This document shows, piece after piece, positions 36,699 through 49,654 of a DNA stretch of 64,000 nt (position 1 is the first letter of the stretch; every line of letters begins with the position of its first letter). The DNA lies in the NCBI GenBank assembly GCA_964016885.1, contig OZ024740.1:393390001-393454000 (forward strand), given 5' to 3'. The notes below the pieces were generated by a model that worked only from the letters and a program-made list of their open reading frames with translations, was not told the DNA's origin and did not search any database. Both the position numbers and the translations under genes were made by a program. This DNA comes from Eledone cirrhosa (lineage: Eukaryota).

Positions 36699-39600
36699 AT
36701 TTATGCCTTATACTTGACATTTAAAAAATCCTTCCATGCCTTTATTTAACTAAAACTAGCCTATGTACGAAGATAAGACGGGTGTGTTTGCTTTTCTTGA
36801 TTTTTTTTCTTTCTTTCCAGATATAAAGACAGTATGTGTTGGAGACAGCAAGAATCTTAAGTAACAATAAATAAATATTTATGGAAATAACAATAAAAAT
36901 AAACTACATACCAAATCAGTCTGACAACTACATATGAAAATATGTCTCAGAAGTCAGTTATTGATTTTCTCTCTACAACTTGTGGAAAAACTGACAACTT
37001 ACCTGAAAAAGAAGAAATATATAAAATACATAATTAAAATTGAAATAAAAAAAAAAGTGAGAGAATATCATGCTGAAAATCTACATTTATGATTGAGAAA
37101 TAAAAGTAGAAATACGTGAAGAAAACTTTAAATCAAGAATCCACATCAAAAAAGAAAGAATAATATATAATGTAAATATCCTAAAGAAACCAGTGAAAAA
37201 AAATATGAGTGAATATTAAATTATGTTTATCATAAGATACTATGTTTTCTCCACTGACTGGGGTTAATTGGCAGACTAAAATTAACCCAACTAAATTTAA
37301 AATTGTAATCATTAACCCTTTCATTACTATATTTCTAATGAAAGACACTACTTATGATTATGAAAGAACTGTTTAAATAATCTGGAATTTAGCAGGATTT
37401 AGTAATACAACTTTCTCATTCTTAAAATGGTGTTTTGAACATAACAAAATGTTCTTACATAAAATAATGAGAGTAGTCTTAACTTTGATGCCTTTACTGT
37501 CTCTGCTGTGATTATTCACACCATAAAATATTCTTTATCTAGAAGGTAATCATGGAAAATTTTCCAATGTCATCACACTTTAGTTAAGCAATTTAAAATA
37601 ATTCTCATACAAAAATTATATCCTCTTATTACGCTTTAGAGCTAACCTTTCTGGGCAGGTCTGATAAAACTGAAACATATCCAGAGTTGTCATTATATTT
37701 TTCAAGAGTAAAATTCATTAGCTACTGCATGTCTTTATATATCTACATATAATTTTTAATCAATTTATATACTGGAATTTTGTCTCTTGTCTCCTTTGAA
37801 AAGAATTGTCATTTATGTTAATGATTTTTCCCATTATTGGTGTAATTTCAATTAAGTAAACAGTTTTTGAGCTCACTATATTAAGTATATTAACCTGCAC
37901 TTAACTATGTTCTTCCGGCAGAAGAAACCCCTAGGGAATGTTTCAATGTCATGAGTGTATAATGTATTGAACTAGCTGCTGAGTCATTAATTGAAATCTG
38001 TTTCAGGCATTCCATTGTGTTGCTTGAGTTCATATAGTTCACATTGAAACAGGGCAGGTAGCAGATCTGAGAAAAGGTCAATAGGGCTCATAACTAACTG
38101 AAATAAACTGAATTAGGAAAAGGTCAAGTAATTATTTCTACTTATTTCAGCAGTATGCAGGTTGAATCGATACCTATAATTTTAATGTATGTATGTATGT
38201 TGTTCTAGTTTTATTATTTTATAAATAATATAGAAACAAGACTCTTTCAACTAGGTAAATATGTATGTATGTCTATGTGTTTGTGTGTGTGTTATTGGTT
38301 GGTATGGATGTTATTGCATGTGTAGATCTGTATGTGTACATGTGCATATGTTCTATATCTGTACATGTGTATAAGCAGTTATTACATGCTGAATTTCTGA
38401 AATGCTTTATGTATTTTTACAGTTCCATTAATGTACTGTGCTTGTAACTGCTTAACTAGCCTTGTTCTTTCTGGTTCTGAGAAGGCCAACTTCTCAAGAT
38501 TTGTTCTGAGGCAGTTAGTAACTTAGAGTCCCATTGATTGCAGGTACAAATCTAAAAGAATAGTCTGGGTGAAGTGTCTGCAGACTCCTCATTAGTTCAG
38601 CATAAATATACATATATACATATGTGTGCGTGTATGTATGCATAAATGTTCATATGCCCTCTTAAAATTTTTGTATGTTCTTAGCAGAAAAATTAGTTGC
38701 TACACTTTGATGGGTTACAATATTAAGAGCTTGTGCATCATTGTGTGTGTTTGATGTAAATCAATTTTTAACAATTATTAAACCTGAACAAATATGCAAA
38801 TTAGTTTACCCACTTGACAGCTAAATGACATTTTCTAGGTATAAGCTGCAATATCTCGGTAGACCAGTGAGGTTAAGTAGTAACTGATGAGCAGTAATGA
38901 ATCTAAAACTGATCCTTATGTTATCCATGTTGTTTTACAAAAGAATAACAACCTGATTCAACCCCCAGCAATATTATATATGTTATAAACATATAAGTAT
39001 AGGGCACCCAGTCATAGAAAGCTTGCCAAACAAAGGGTTGGGAGGACCCTTTAGTTGCGTGAAAGACATCCCTAGTAATGGTGCCTTGATAAAATGCACT
39101 TGGAAGAGTGTGGGAATGTATGTAAGCAAGATGCAGACTCCTGGCCTATCTGGAAGGTCTGTCGCCCATCAGTACTGGCTCAGTTTGTGAAGACCTATCC
39201 AACCCTTGCTAGCAGAGAAAGGGGATGTTAAATTATGATGAACTATGACATAGGGGCTGAGGTCATTGGTTATGCCTCTGACTCGGTTATGCCACCAGCA
39301 TGTACAATCTTGAGAGTGTTTTGCACTATCACTGCTAGTCCCTTTGCTTCCTTCTGACTCCCAAACACCAGGAAGGTTCATAAGCTTTACATTTTTCCAT
39401 ACTTAGAATATTAGTCCAGACATCAGATAGCAGTTCTTTGAATTCATCTTTTGAAGGTTTGGAAAAGCCACCCCAAGTTTTCTTTTGTGAAACAAAGATA
39501 AATCAGTTTTCTCATGTCTACTTCTGAATATATTCTTCAGGCAAAGAGATACATTTCTTTTGGACTCAATGTAACTACTGGTCTGTTTTCGGACTGTGCT

Positions 39601-39704
39601 TTTGCCATGTCTAAGTATTGAAAACTGGATATTACATTTACAAATGTTTGTGCCTGTGTATTAACGTCAAAGTGTGTATGCATTATTGTTTAATAATAAT
39701 AATG

Positions 39705-40545
39705 ATAATGATTTCTAGTATAGGCACAAGGTCAGTAATTTGGGGGGAGAGGAAAGTTGATTAAATCGACCCCAGTACATTACTGGTGTTTTATTTTATC
39801 GACCCCGTAAGGATGAAAGGCAAGGTTAACTTTGATGGGATTTGAACTCAGAAAGTAAAGGGACATAACTGTGCTGCAATGCTTGTTGTCTGATGCTCTA
39901 CTGATACTGCCAATCCACCTCTCTCCTAATAATAATTGTTTCTACTTTTGGCACAAGGCTAGCAATTACCCCAGTGCATTACTGGTACTTTATTTTATTG
40001 ACCCCATAAGGATGAAAGACTAAGTTAACCTCGGCAGGATTTGAACTCAGAATGTAAAGAGCCATAACTCTATGCCATGAGGCAGGGTGTCTGACACTCT
40101 ACCGATACTGCCAATCCACTGCCCTAATAACAATAATAATGATAATTGTTTCTACTTTAGGCACAAGGCCAGCAATTACCCAGTGCATTACTGGTACTTT
40201 ATTTTATCGACCCCGTAAGGATGAAAGGCAAAGTCAACCTCGGCAGGATTTGAACTCAGATCGTAAAGGGACGTAACTATGCTGGAAAGCATGGCGTCCG
40301 ACCCTCTACCGATACTGCCAATCCACCGCCCTTAATAATAATAATAATGATAATGATAATAAATTAGCTGTGAGAGTTGATTATATCAACTTTAGCATTT
40401 GACTAGAACTTATTTTATTGACCCTGGAAAAATGAAAAGCAAAGGTTGCCTTGACAGGATTTGAACTCAGAATGTAAAAAGTTGAAATTAAACACCACAA
40501 GCAATATTTTCCAATGCTCTAATGATTCTGCCAATCCACCACCCA
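39705..40545 (-). mobile_element. Tandem array of four family B SINEs
   Basis: Copies at ~39710-39920, 39934-40125, 40143-40331 and 40370-40540, separated by (TAA)n. Confidence 0.85.
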
Positions 40546-41388
40546 ACAGCAACAAAACCAACACCTACATCAACAACAAGAATAGATACAATAGTGTCAG
40601 ATACTGGCTCACTGACAAAATCTAATTTGAATTTCCCTTCCCTGAGTGAAATTTATGCTTTTAAGCAATCAGATTCTAATCTTCCACTTCTGTTGCAGAA
40701 TTAATTTGAAAACAATATGACATTGTTGGCATAAGTAGGATGGACAATTATATAATGCTATATAATAAGACAGCACGCTAAAGGTCAAGAGACATATTAG
40801 GGGGTCACAAAAAGTGAAATTAAAGTTTGAAAGCGGTCATATATGTCAATGAGTTGCCAGCCATCATTATGTATGTATGAATGTGTATCTATGTGTGTGC
40901 ATGTATTAGTATGAATTAGTGTGTGTATGTATGTATTAGTATGAATTAGTGTGTGTGTACTAGTATGAATTAGTATGTAAGTGTGTGTGTGTATGTGCAT
41001 GCGTGGAAGGTGTATGCATACATGTTTCTTTTTCAATTATTTGAATTCTTCTTGAAAAGAAGGAGCTGATTTCTAATAAAGAATCAAAGCCTTATTGTTG
41101 GAGAACAAAAGCAGAGAGTATCACATGTTGAACTTTAGAAACATCAGAGAAATTTCTACTATTCTGCTTACAGATTGTATTTATAAAGTGTGTGTTAGTT
41201 GGTCAATTTCTTTGTCTGAAACCTCTAGCTTTTCCTGATTGTCACTTAGGCATTTACTAACATAGCTAAGTACATCAATAATTATTGGTGCATAATTATA
41301 ATTATCAGTATAAATGTGAATTTATAATCAGGGTAGGGAAGTTGAAGGTTTTGAAACAGTTTTACTTACTTATCTTTCTCACTGATAT

Positions 41389-41605
41389 TTTAACCCTTTA
41401 GCATTTATATTACTCTATATTTACTATTGTATTTTCATAGTAAAGGCTGTACCTCACATAATACTGAATCTATGAGATTTTGATATTATTTATTTTGAGA
41501 ACAATACCTTAACATCAGTATGAGTGGCCGGTTACAGCTGGTTTAAACAGAAAGAGGTAAGAGAGTTCTGGCTGGATATGACCAGTTTAAATGCTAAAGG
41601 GTTAA
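41389..41605. mobile_element. TTAA-flanked MITE (piggyBac-like)
   Basis: TIRs ttaaccctttagcattta / taaatgctaaagggttaa. Confidence 0.85.
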
Positions 41606-42939
41606 GGAATATTTACATTGGCAGGGCAATTAACCTCTAGAACTATACATAATTCTCTCTTTCTATCTCAAACAACTGTGTCAAATCTGTTGTTTGCACT
41701 TTGTGAAAGTTTTGAGGGGAACGTTCCATCAATATTCCTTGTATTGACATACGTATATATAACCTGCTACCTGCTGGTAGCCTCTAAATAATTTTAGCCA
41801 ATACAGGCTTCCATAGAGTTTTATAACATTAACACTTATAATACTGTTTACTAAGGATAAATTTGATTGTAACTTCAATGAATAAATAGTACTGTATATG
41901 CACTAACTACAATCATATAGTATATTCATGACAGAACATGAGTGCTGAAAATACCTGTCAGACTGACCACAATAATTCCTGCACTTCTAACCTTCCATTA
42001 CCTTAAGAACAAACCATGGTTACATTTTTCGACACTTCAATAATGACGGCGTACACACACCGTCAGTAAATAAATACCTTTTCTATGTTATATATATAAT
42101 TGATTCTGATGATTTCTCTACAAAGGTATTGAAAACAACATCCTTTGGAGAAGAACAAAACATATGTAAATCAAATAAATAATGTATTAATTGTTAAACC
42201 TTGGTGATCTATTATTTGTGTTATATATATATATTCAATAACACAGAAATTCTCTATATCCCAGGACAGTATTTACAACAAATGGCATTGTATACTATTG
42301 TAATAACAACATTATGCCACACTGGAAAGTTACCTAAATGATAATGTGAGTCTGCTGCTGATCACCTCTTATATATCTTCAACAGAAATGTGATATAATC
42401 AATATATTCAGTTGCATTTTAAGAAGCAAAATGTTTCTTTCGTTTATTAGGTATTTTGTAACCATCTCCTGCCCTTGGATTGCATAAACATAGCCTTTGA
42501 AATGTGATATGATGTAATGAATTCAAGAGAAGTTACACTTCATTTCAATGTTAACATCATCCTCAAATTTACAAAAAAAAAAAAAAATAAAATAAAATAA
42601 AAGCAAGAAAAAAATCCAAGCATGATCTTTTTAGAGAGGTAAAAGTAAAATGTTTCTTTTTCAAAATGTTCTTGGTGTAGGGTAGTTCAGCATGGGAAGG
42701 AGGTTATTGAGATGTGAGTATCTCTTGAGGGGTTCACTACAAGCTCGTGGGGTGTTGTTTTCCTTACTTTTGAGCAATAGCAAATGTTGTGAGTGATACA
42801 ATATGACAGTCAAATGCTATCAAGCATCCAAGATGTTATCAAGCATCCAAGATGGTATCAAGCATCCAAGTACACTGACATTAATGCATGCACTTAAGAA
42901 GTGATTGGATCTGTGGATCATTTGAGTCAAAGCAGGTCT

Positions 42940-43360
42940 GGTCTTTATGATGGACATAACCTAATGTTTCTTTTGCTGTCGCAAAGAGTGTCTCTCAGAC
43001 TTGTTCAAGAGGCTGGAATATCATCATTTATAATACTTTGAGGTGTTTCAAAAGAGTTATTTAAGGATTATTTGATGCTTTTATTCTTCAAACTGCTAAA
43101 ATCTATTTCTTTTATGTGGAGAAATTTGTTGTGTCCAAAAGGACTTTTGAATTTTCAAGTTTATGTGAGAATGAATGAGTTTATGATCACACCGTGCTTC
43201 TCTTATTGAATGAGACTGAGTTAAATTTACACCATGCTTGGTGGTCTGATGTGTAATTATATAATCAATTAAATGATAGTGACTAGATCTTGGGTGTTTC
43301 CAGCTAGTCTTCAACTGATTAGACTTGTAAGAATGTATTAGTAATTAGAAGAGTAAATTC
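42940..43360 (-). mobile_element. Degraded RTE APE-endonuclease fragment (different family)
   Basis: KTSWKHPRSSHYHLIDYII...CDHKLI, typical of RTE endonuclease C-terminal motifs. Confidence 0.7.
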
Positions 43361-43399
43361 TGTATATAGTGTGTATGTCTGTATATATATTATATATAC

Positions 43400-43705
43400 A
43401 TTGTGGTTAGAGTGCTCAGCTCATGATTATACACTTGTGATTCTGATTCTTGGGCTGGGGCGCGTGTTGTCTTCGAGCAAGACACTTTAGTTCATGTTGC
43501 TTCAGCTGGCGAAAATGAGTTGTACCTGTAAATTAAGTGGCCAGCCTTTGTCCTGCATTGTGTCATGTTGAATCTCTCTGAGAATTATGTTAAGGGTGCA
43601 TATGTCAGTGGGATACTCAGCCACTTACAGGTTAATTTCACAAGCAGGCAGCTTCATTGATTGAATCAATTGGAACACTTGTTATTTCCAGCAGAGGTCC
43701 AACAA
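43400..43705 (+). mobile_element. Older SINE with family A-like head
   Basis: gtggttagagtgc...ttcgagcaagacacttt. A related body is at ~52140-52260 (-). Confidence 0.6.
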
Positions 43706-43711
43706 CAATAT

Positions 43712-44146
43712 ATATCATCATCACCGCTTTTACGTCCGTTCTTCCACGCTAGCATGGGTTAGACGGGTTGTCCTGTTGTGGGCAGTAGCCGGTCGGCTGA
43801 CCATGCCTTGCTCATACAGGAACTGATTCTGGCTTGATTTCTACAGCTGGATGCCCTTCCTGACACCAACCTCATTTACAGTGAGTGCTGGGTGCTTTTT
43901 TTCCGTGGCGCCTACATATCCACTTTACAGTGTGGGCTGGGTGCTTTTTTGCCGTGGTACCCCACGACCACTTTGCAGTGGAATGATAGGGACCCCAGTC
44001 CCTATCATCTAATTTCTACAGCTGAGTAAACTGGAGCAATGTGGAAATAAAGTGCCTTGCTCAAGGAAACATCACCCAGTCTGAGAATTGAACTCACAAC
44101 CTTTCAATTGCAAGCCCAATGCTCTAACCACTAAGCCATGTGCCTA
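43712..44146 (-). mobile_element. SINE family A
   Basis: Reverse complement of a tRNA-like head plus RTE tail with (GAT)n. Confidence 0.9.
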
Positions 44147-44156
44147 TATATATATG

Positions 44157-44369
44157 TATGTAAAAGGTAAACAGAAATAACAACACAATCAGTACAGTAT
44201 ATGGAAGGGATATATTAGGTTAATGCTTGATATAGCAGGAAGAGGGTCTTAACGTTTCAGATGCTAGTCCTTCATTAGAAGAAAGAATGAGAAATAAGAT
44301 AGACTGAGGGGACGGGCGGGATGGAATTGGAAAAAATGTCTTTAGTTAAAAATAACAGGTCCATTCCTC

Positions 44370-44372
<3 letters not shown>
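44157..44372 (-). mobile_element. Short PLE-type cassette carrying a minimal hammerhead
   Basis: Second copy at 57272-57475. Both adjoin (TA)n. Confidence 0.6.
44248..44281 (-). ncRNA. Minimal type I hammerhead (mutated core)
   Basis: Minus strand CTT-CTAATGA-AGGA ctagca TCT-GAAAC-GTT-AAG. The sister copy at 57371-57377 retains CTGATGA. Confidence 0.6.

Positions 44373-44373
<1 letters not shown>

Positions 44374-44445
<72 letters not shown>
44374..44445. repeat. (GA)n microsatellite
   Basis: Directly visible. Confidence 0.95.
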
Positions 44446-44447
<2 letters not shown>

Positions 44448-45496
44448 AAGAAAATGTGATTTAAGACAAGGGAACAGACTTCGGCTTTGAAAACATCATT
44501 TCTGTCCATGCGCATGTCTTTATATTGGATTGCCTTGGAAAGATAACATTATTACATAAGATGCTGTCTAACGGTATTGCATGACTGGTCGTATGATTGA
44601 ATAATCATGTAGCCATGATTGTCATTGAAATATATATCACAGCTTTGTTAATAATTTTTTAACATCTACACTGAACTTACCATTTTCCTTATTCTACATA
44701 TACTCTGACATTAACTGCTAAATCATATTTGGAAGAAGCTATATGATGTTGAGAGCTTAAATAGAATTGCATCATTGTTCACTGATTGGTGAATTACATA
44801 TGCAACCCTGATTAGTCAACATGTTTACCATGTATATATATATTATATTATATACATATATACACATACATAAGTGTCTGTTTGCTCACATACACTTCAT
44901 CTACAGTATGATATTAGATATTGTAATCACTAATTTGAGAAATAAAAGAGTAGCAGGCTCACTGATGGTACTAGATATAAACCATGCATCAATCACTTGC
45001 TGCTGTGTGATCGCATTACTTATTACACTACAAAGCACTTGTCATGTCATCTCTGTCTCTCAAATTATTACAAAGTGTTTCTGCTGGCATATAATTTATT
45101 AAATGAAGAATTCTTTTAACATCTCAAACATTTAGCTGTTCTACTGATTGATTGAATCTATAGAATTTAAGGAATTTCTAATCTTGCTTACAGAATTTTG
45201 ATATTTTTGAATATGCCTTCCATATATGTGTGAATTATGGCATGTCTTTGAGCAAGATATTTTACTCTATAACTTTGAAATATTCATTAAATAGAGGAGA
45301 TACTTGTTTAAATTCCTTGAAAAATGACTAAGACTTAGACAGCAAATGGTCATTAAAATGTTTGCTTTCAGACTATTATATAATATATATTCACTTCACT
45401 ATCCCTTTTTTTCGCTAGACAAGAAACAAGGGATTGATCTAAGTGGTTTTGATGCTGATTGAAGTCATCAGAAACCAAACAACTGTGTGTGTGTGT

Positions 45497-46070
45497 ACAT
45501 ACATACATACACGATAGCTGCCAACTCGTTTTCGAGTACGGCCACTACTTTATATCCATCTAGGAGAACCCCTACCGATGCGCTGAACGAGTGTGACTTT
45601 TTAGTCCAGCCAGCGACTTGAAAACTCTGGTACAAACACTACACTTGTGACAATTATTGACACATGGTGCTGGGCCCATGGTACCATGTGACGACAAGTG
45701 CAGAGAGATCTCCAGATACAAAGCAATGCCTGTGCCGTGAAGCCAGTCCCACTCTCTTAACCAAGATGATATTTACCAAAAAGAAGAACAAGTCAACATC
45801 ATTGGATACCATCAGGGTTTTCCTTCTCCTAGAATTCTGCCTTGACAAAGGCTAAGGGGGTCACCTCTCCCGGTGATTTTGGATGGCCATTGACTCTTAA
45901 GAGCTCCTTTGCCCTTTGACAGGTTTTGTTTTTAGTCTTGCAGGATATCCAAAGTCACCCTCCTCACCAAGAAACCTTGGTGGGGTTGCCAGTTTAGTCG
46001 CCAACGACCCGACCATGAGACAGGTTGTACTAGGATACATGTTACAGCAGCACCAACTGGTGACCTGACA
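45497..46070 (-). mobile_element. Non-autonomous internally deleted RTE-like element (5' UTR plus C2H2-coding 3' end)
   Basis: Minus translation CSVCTRVFKSLAGLKSHTRSAHR* (45572-45643), 3' stem-loop ACTCG-AAAA-CGAGT and a (TATG)n tail. The 5' end is homologous to 27099-27300. Confidence 0.7.
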
Positions 46071-46089
46071 TAATACATACATATATATG

Positions 46090-46128
<39 letters not shown>

Positions 46129-49100
46129 GTATATATATACACACAAACCTATAGCTATTTATAGGTCTAAAGCTATCTGAGCTATAAATCTCTTTCCAAG
46201 GGAAGATTGGGCACGTGCTTGGCCACAGATGAAGACTCCAGTCAGACTAAGCACTCTTTTTTTTTGTCCTGTAAAAAATGAAACAAAGTCATATATCTTC
46301 ATTTGTCCATATTTATTAGATTACACATCATAGTGATAACAAGAATGTGTATCGTTTATCATTATATATAGTTTACTAATACATTCTAGTTTATTTATAT
46401 AATTTATTTACCATCTCAGTCATCTTACCTTGATTGAATGTAAACAATAGAGAGTAAACTCTTTAATATTGCTGGGGAATTAGACAACCTCTCCATGATA
46501 AAATGCATTCAGTACACTCTATAAAGTGATTGGCATTGGAAAGGCTGGAGGTTAGAGTTATAAACCTTACAATCTTGTAAAGCTTGTAACTTTAATCTCC
46601 ACTCTTATTGTAACCTTAATCTATACTAGCTTCCTTTTCCCCCCTTTCTTGATCATTCATACTTTTTTCTTGATCTATCTCACACCTTTTTGTCTCACTG
46701 TAGTGACCATGGGCCACTGTTTTCTGTTCTTAGGGGTATATTTACTCAACTTTCATGCTATTGCCATTGATGGCATTCAGCTGTCTTAACAGCTGTTCCT
46801 TGCATTTAAGTTCTCAACATTTTTAAAGAATTTCACATACACACACACACACAATTTCGTATAAGATGTAGACACCTATTCTCTACCAACATATTGAGTA
46901 CCTTTTTTTACTCTCGGTCCCCATCAGGAATCTACCCACAATTATATATATATATATATAATTAAGAAAGAAACAGACAGAAACAGAAATCATACATATA
47001 TAAATAATAGATAATTTATTTGCTTGTTATGATAATTGTATAAAAATGATATTATGGTACAATGAGAAGATAGCAGTATTGCTACACTAATTATTTTCAT
47101 AATTAGTCGGAGTATAGATATCACCAGAAGTAATTATTTTTTAGTAATTTATTTTTGCATGAAAGAGATAACAATATTATTACAGTTGAAGGTTCCAAAA
47201 CATTGCTAGAGATTATTTTTTGTTATAAATGAATATATAAATAGTAGCAATGACCTCACTAGTTTTGAAGTTAACAGAAATATGAATAAGATAAATAAGT
47301 TCTAAGGTGTGAAAGAGCATCCAAGGTTTGATTTCTGATTAATTTTTAATAGCTTTGAGAAATATATGAACACCACAACTGAATACTTATGATATTTAAA
47401 GGGTGCTGAGAAAATAATGTTATTGTATTTTCTCGATAGCCTACTGGGCTATAGCAGCACCACTCAAAGTTATAACTTCATGTATTTAAGGAAAATCACA
47501 TAAGTAGAATCTATCCTCCTTGGAGCTATACTCAGGTGAGCAGTAGAGCTCTGTAGTAAAATGAAACACTTGCCAATTTTACAGTGCTGCTAATGTTTAT
47601 AGCATTAACTTGTTCCAATACTGCAGAATTTATTTACAATTAGGTGAAATGGATCACTTGAGAATTAAATGTCACTCTCAAGTCATTCTTAGCTGAAAGG
47701 TTTGTAGTAATTTGAGCTCATTGTTTTGAGTTAATGAATGAAAAAAAATCTGCTGCCCACTTGATTCTAAAAGATGGTATCAACCAAAATAATAGGTTAC
47801 AGATTTATTAGAAATGTATTAAATGAGCATAAAATAAATTAACAAAATACAGTTATTTCTCAATTGTGTAGTTAGTATAGAATGGTTGCAACGATTTATC
47901 TTTTATTTGTGAAGTTTCTTCAGGTTATGTATTAGTGTTAATGTGGGTAGCTAACTAATCTAATGGTTGGCTCTCTCTAGTTTCCACTAACTAAAATAAT
48001 GTATATCTATTACTTACATAACCAAGTAGCACACATAAATCTGAACAAACACACACACATTTCTTACAAACCTCAGATACATACAAACTGAATAGATTAA
48101 ACCATGGCTGAACAGAAGGGTTGGGGATATGTTCATTATCTGATATAATCTCTTGAAATGTTATAAAGGTTGACACTTAAAATAAATAGCACCATAAACA
48201 AGATCAGTTAAAATGCCACTGAAATCTGTTTAGGCTCAGTAAAATGTCTTAGGGTAGGTGCAAATGGGAAACCAATACAAAATGGAAAGATAATATCCAT
48301 AGATTATTCAGAACACACTGGAGCATTTCAGAGTCTTGGCTGAAATATCTTTGATAGCACAGAAAAGGTTAACTAAATTTGCGAACTCCCTGATCAAATT
48401 ACACTGATGACCTTTGTTTCTTTACTTGTATTCATTACATTCAAGGTCTTTTACAATGGGGTTTTCCATTTTATATTTTAGAAATAAAACCTTATCTAAA
48501 ATTCTTCAGATCCTAAGGTTAGTACGTGATGTTTGCTTTTAAACAATATCAAAGTAGGAGTTTTAGCTTTCAATTTGATAGAAGATAAAGACTCATATAA
48601 TCTGTTGCTAAACATTGTGTTTCCTTGTAGCAATGAAAGAACTGAGGTTTTAAATAAATAAGCTATTTTTCAAGTTTTTGTAAACACTACTAGTATGAAA
48701 TAAATGCCAAGAGGTAGATAAAATATAGTGAAGTGTAGTGAATAAATGTACTATAAATACGACGTGTAAAGAAAGTCTTTAAGTTCAATCTGAAATAAAA
48801 GGAATTTATAAAGTACTTGAAGATTATATAAGTAAAAACAAAAAAAATAGCTTTGTTTTCAATAGCAAATATTTCATGACTAGAAGGGATGAAGTTTTTG
48901 GTTAATGTAGTAATTAAGTTAAAATGTAAAGTTCACAGTGAAAGATATTATGGAAGTCTTCATTTATAGAGTATCTGAGGTGAACAAAAGTTGTGTGTGA
49001 AAAGGTAAATGGTGAGGTGAAATATCTTCAGTATAGTGATGTATATGGCTATAGATTAGATAGAGGCTGAGGTAGAGAGAGAGGAAAGGGAGAAGAGAGA

Positions 49101-49499
49101 GAGGCTGGTATAGGTGTAAATTGATAGAGTGCAGTCACCTTAACCCTTTTGATACCAAACTGCCTAAAGCTGCCCTGGGATTTTGATATAAAACCATTTA
49201 TTTTAAGGTAATTATATTCACCTAAAACCTTTCATCATAATTCTATGTAAAAACCTTTGTTAAGTTGCTCCAAACGCCAAGTTAATAATGGGAAAATTTG
49301 TTATCTTACTAAATCCATTCAAATTATTGATTATATTCAAAATGATTTGAAACACATCTAATGCTTTTCATTAGATATAGGATAAAACAAGGGATAGTGT
49401 ACTTTCAATTCTAATGAATACAGAGACATAAGATAATTTGGAGAAAGAAGCTATGAATGCTGTAAGATTCCTTGGCTAAAGGAAAGTTCAGAGAAATAA

Positions 49500-49650
49500 T
49501 TATTTCTACTTTAGGTACAAATTCACAAGGTCAGTAATTTGGGAGAAGGGGAAGATCAATTAAATTGACCTCAGTATTTGACTGCTACTTTATTTTATTG
49601 ACCCTAGAAGGAGGCAAGGCAAAGTTGACTGCAGTGGGATTTGAACTCAG
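49500..49650 (-). mobile_element. Old family B SINE fragment
   Basis: ggatttgaactcag and tttattttattgaccc motifs. Confidence 0.6.
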
Positions 49651-49654
49651 TGAT

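Noticed and set aside
42818-42870. Three 19-bp tandem repeats (atcaagcatccaagatg.t)
   Set aside because: Simple local slippage with no further structure.
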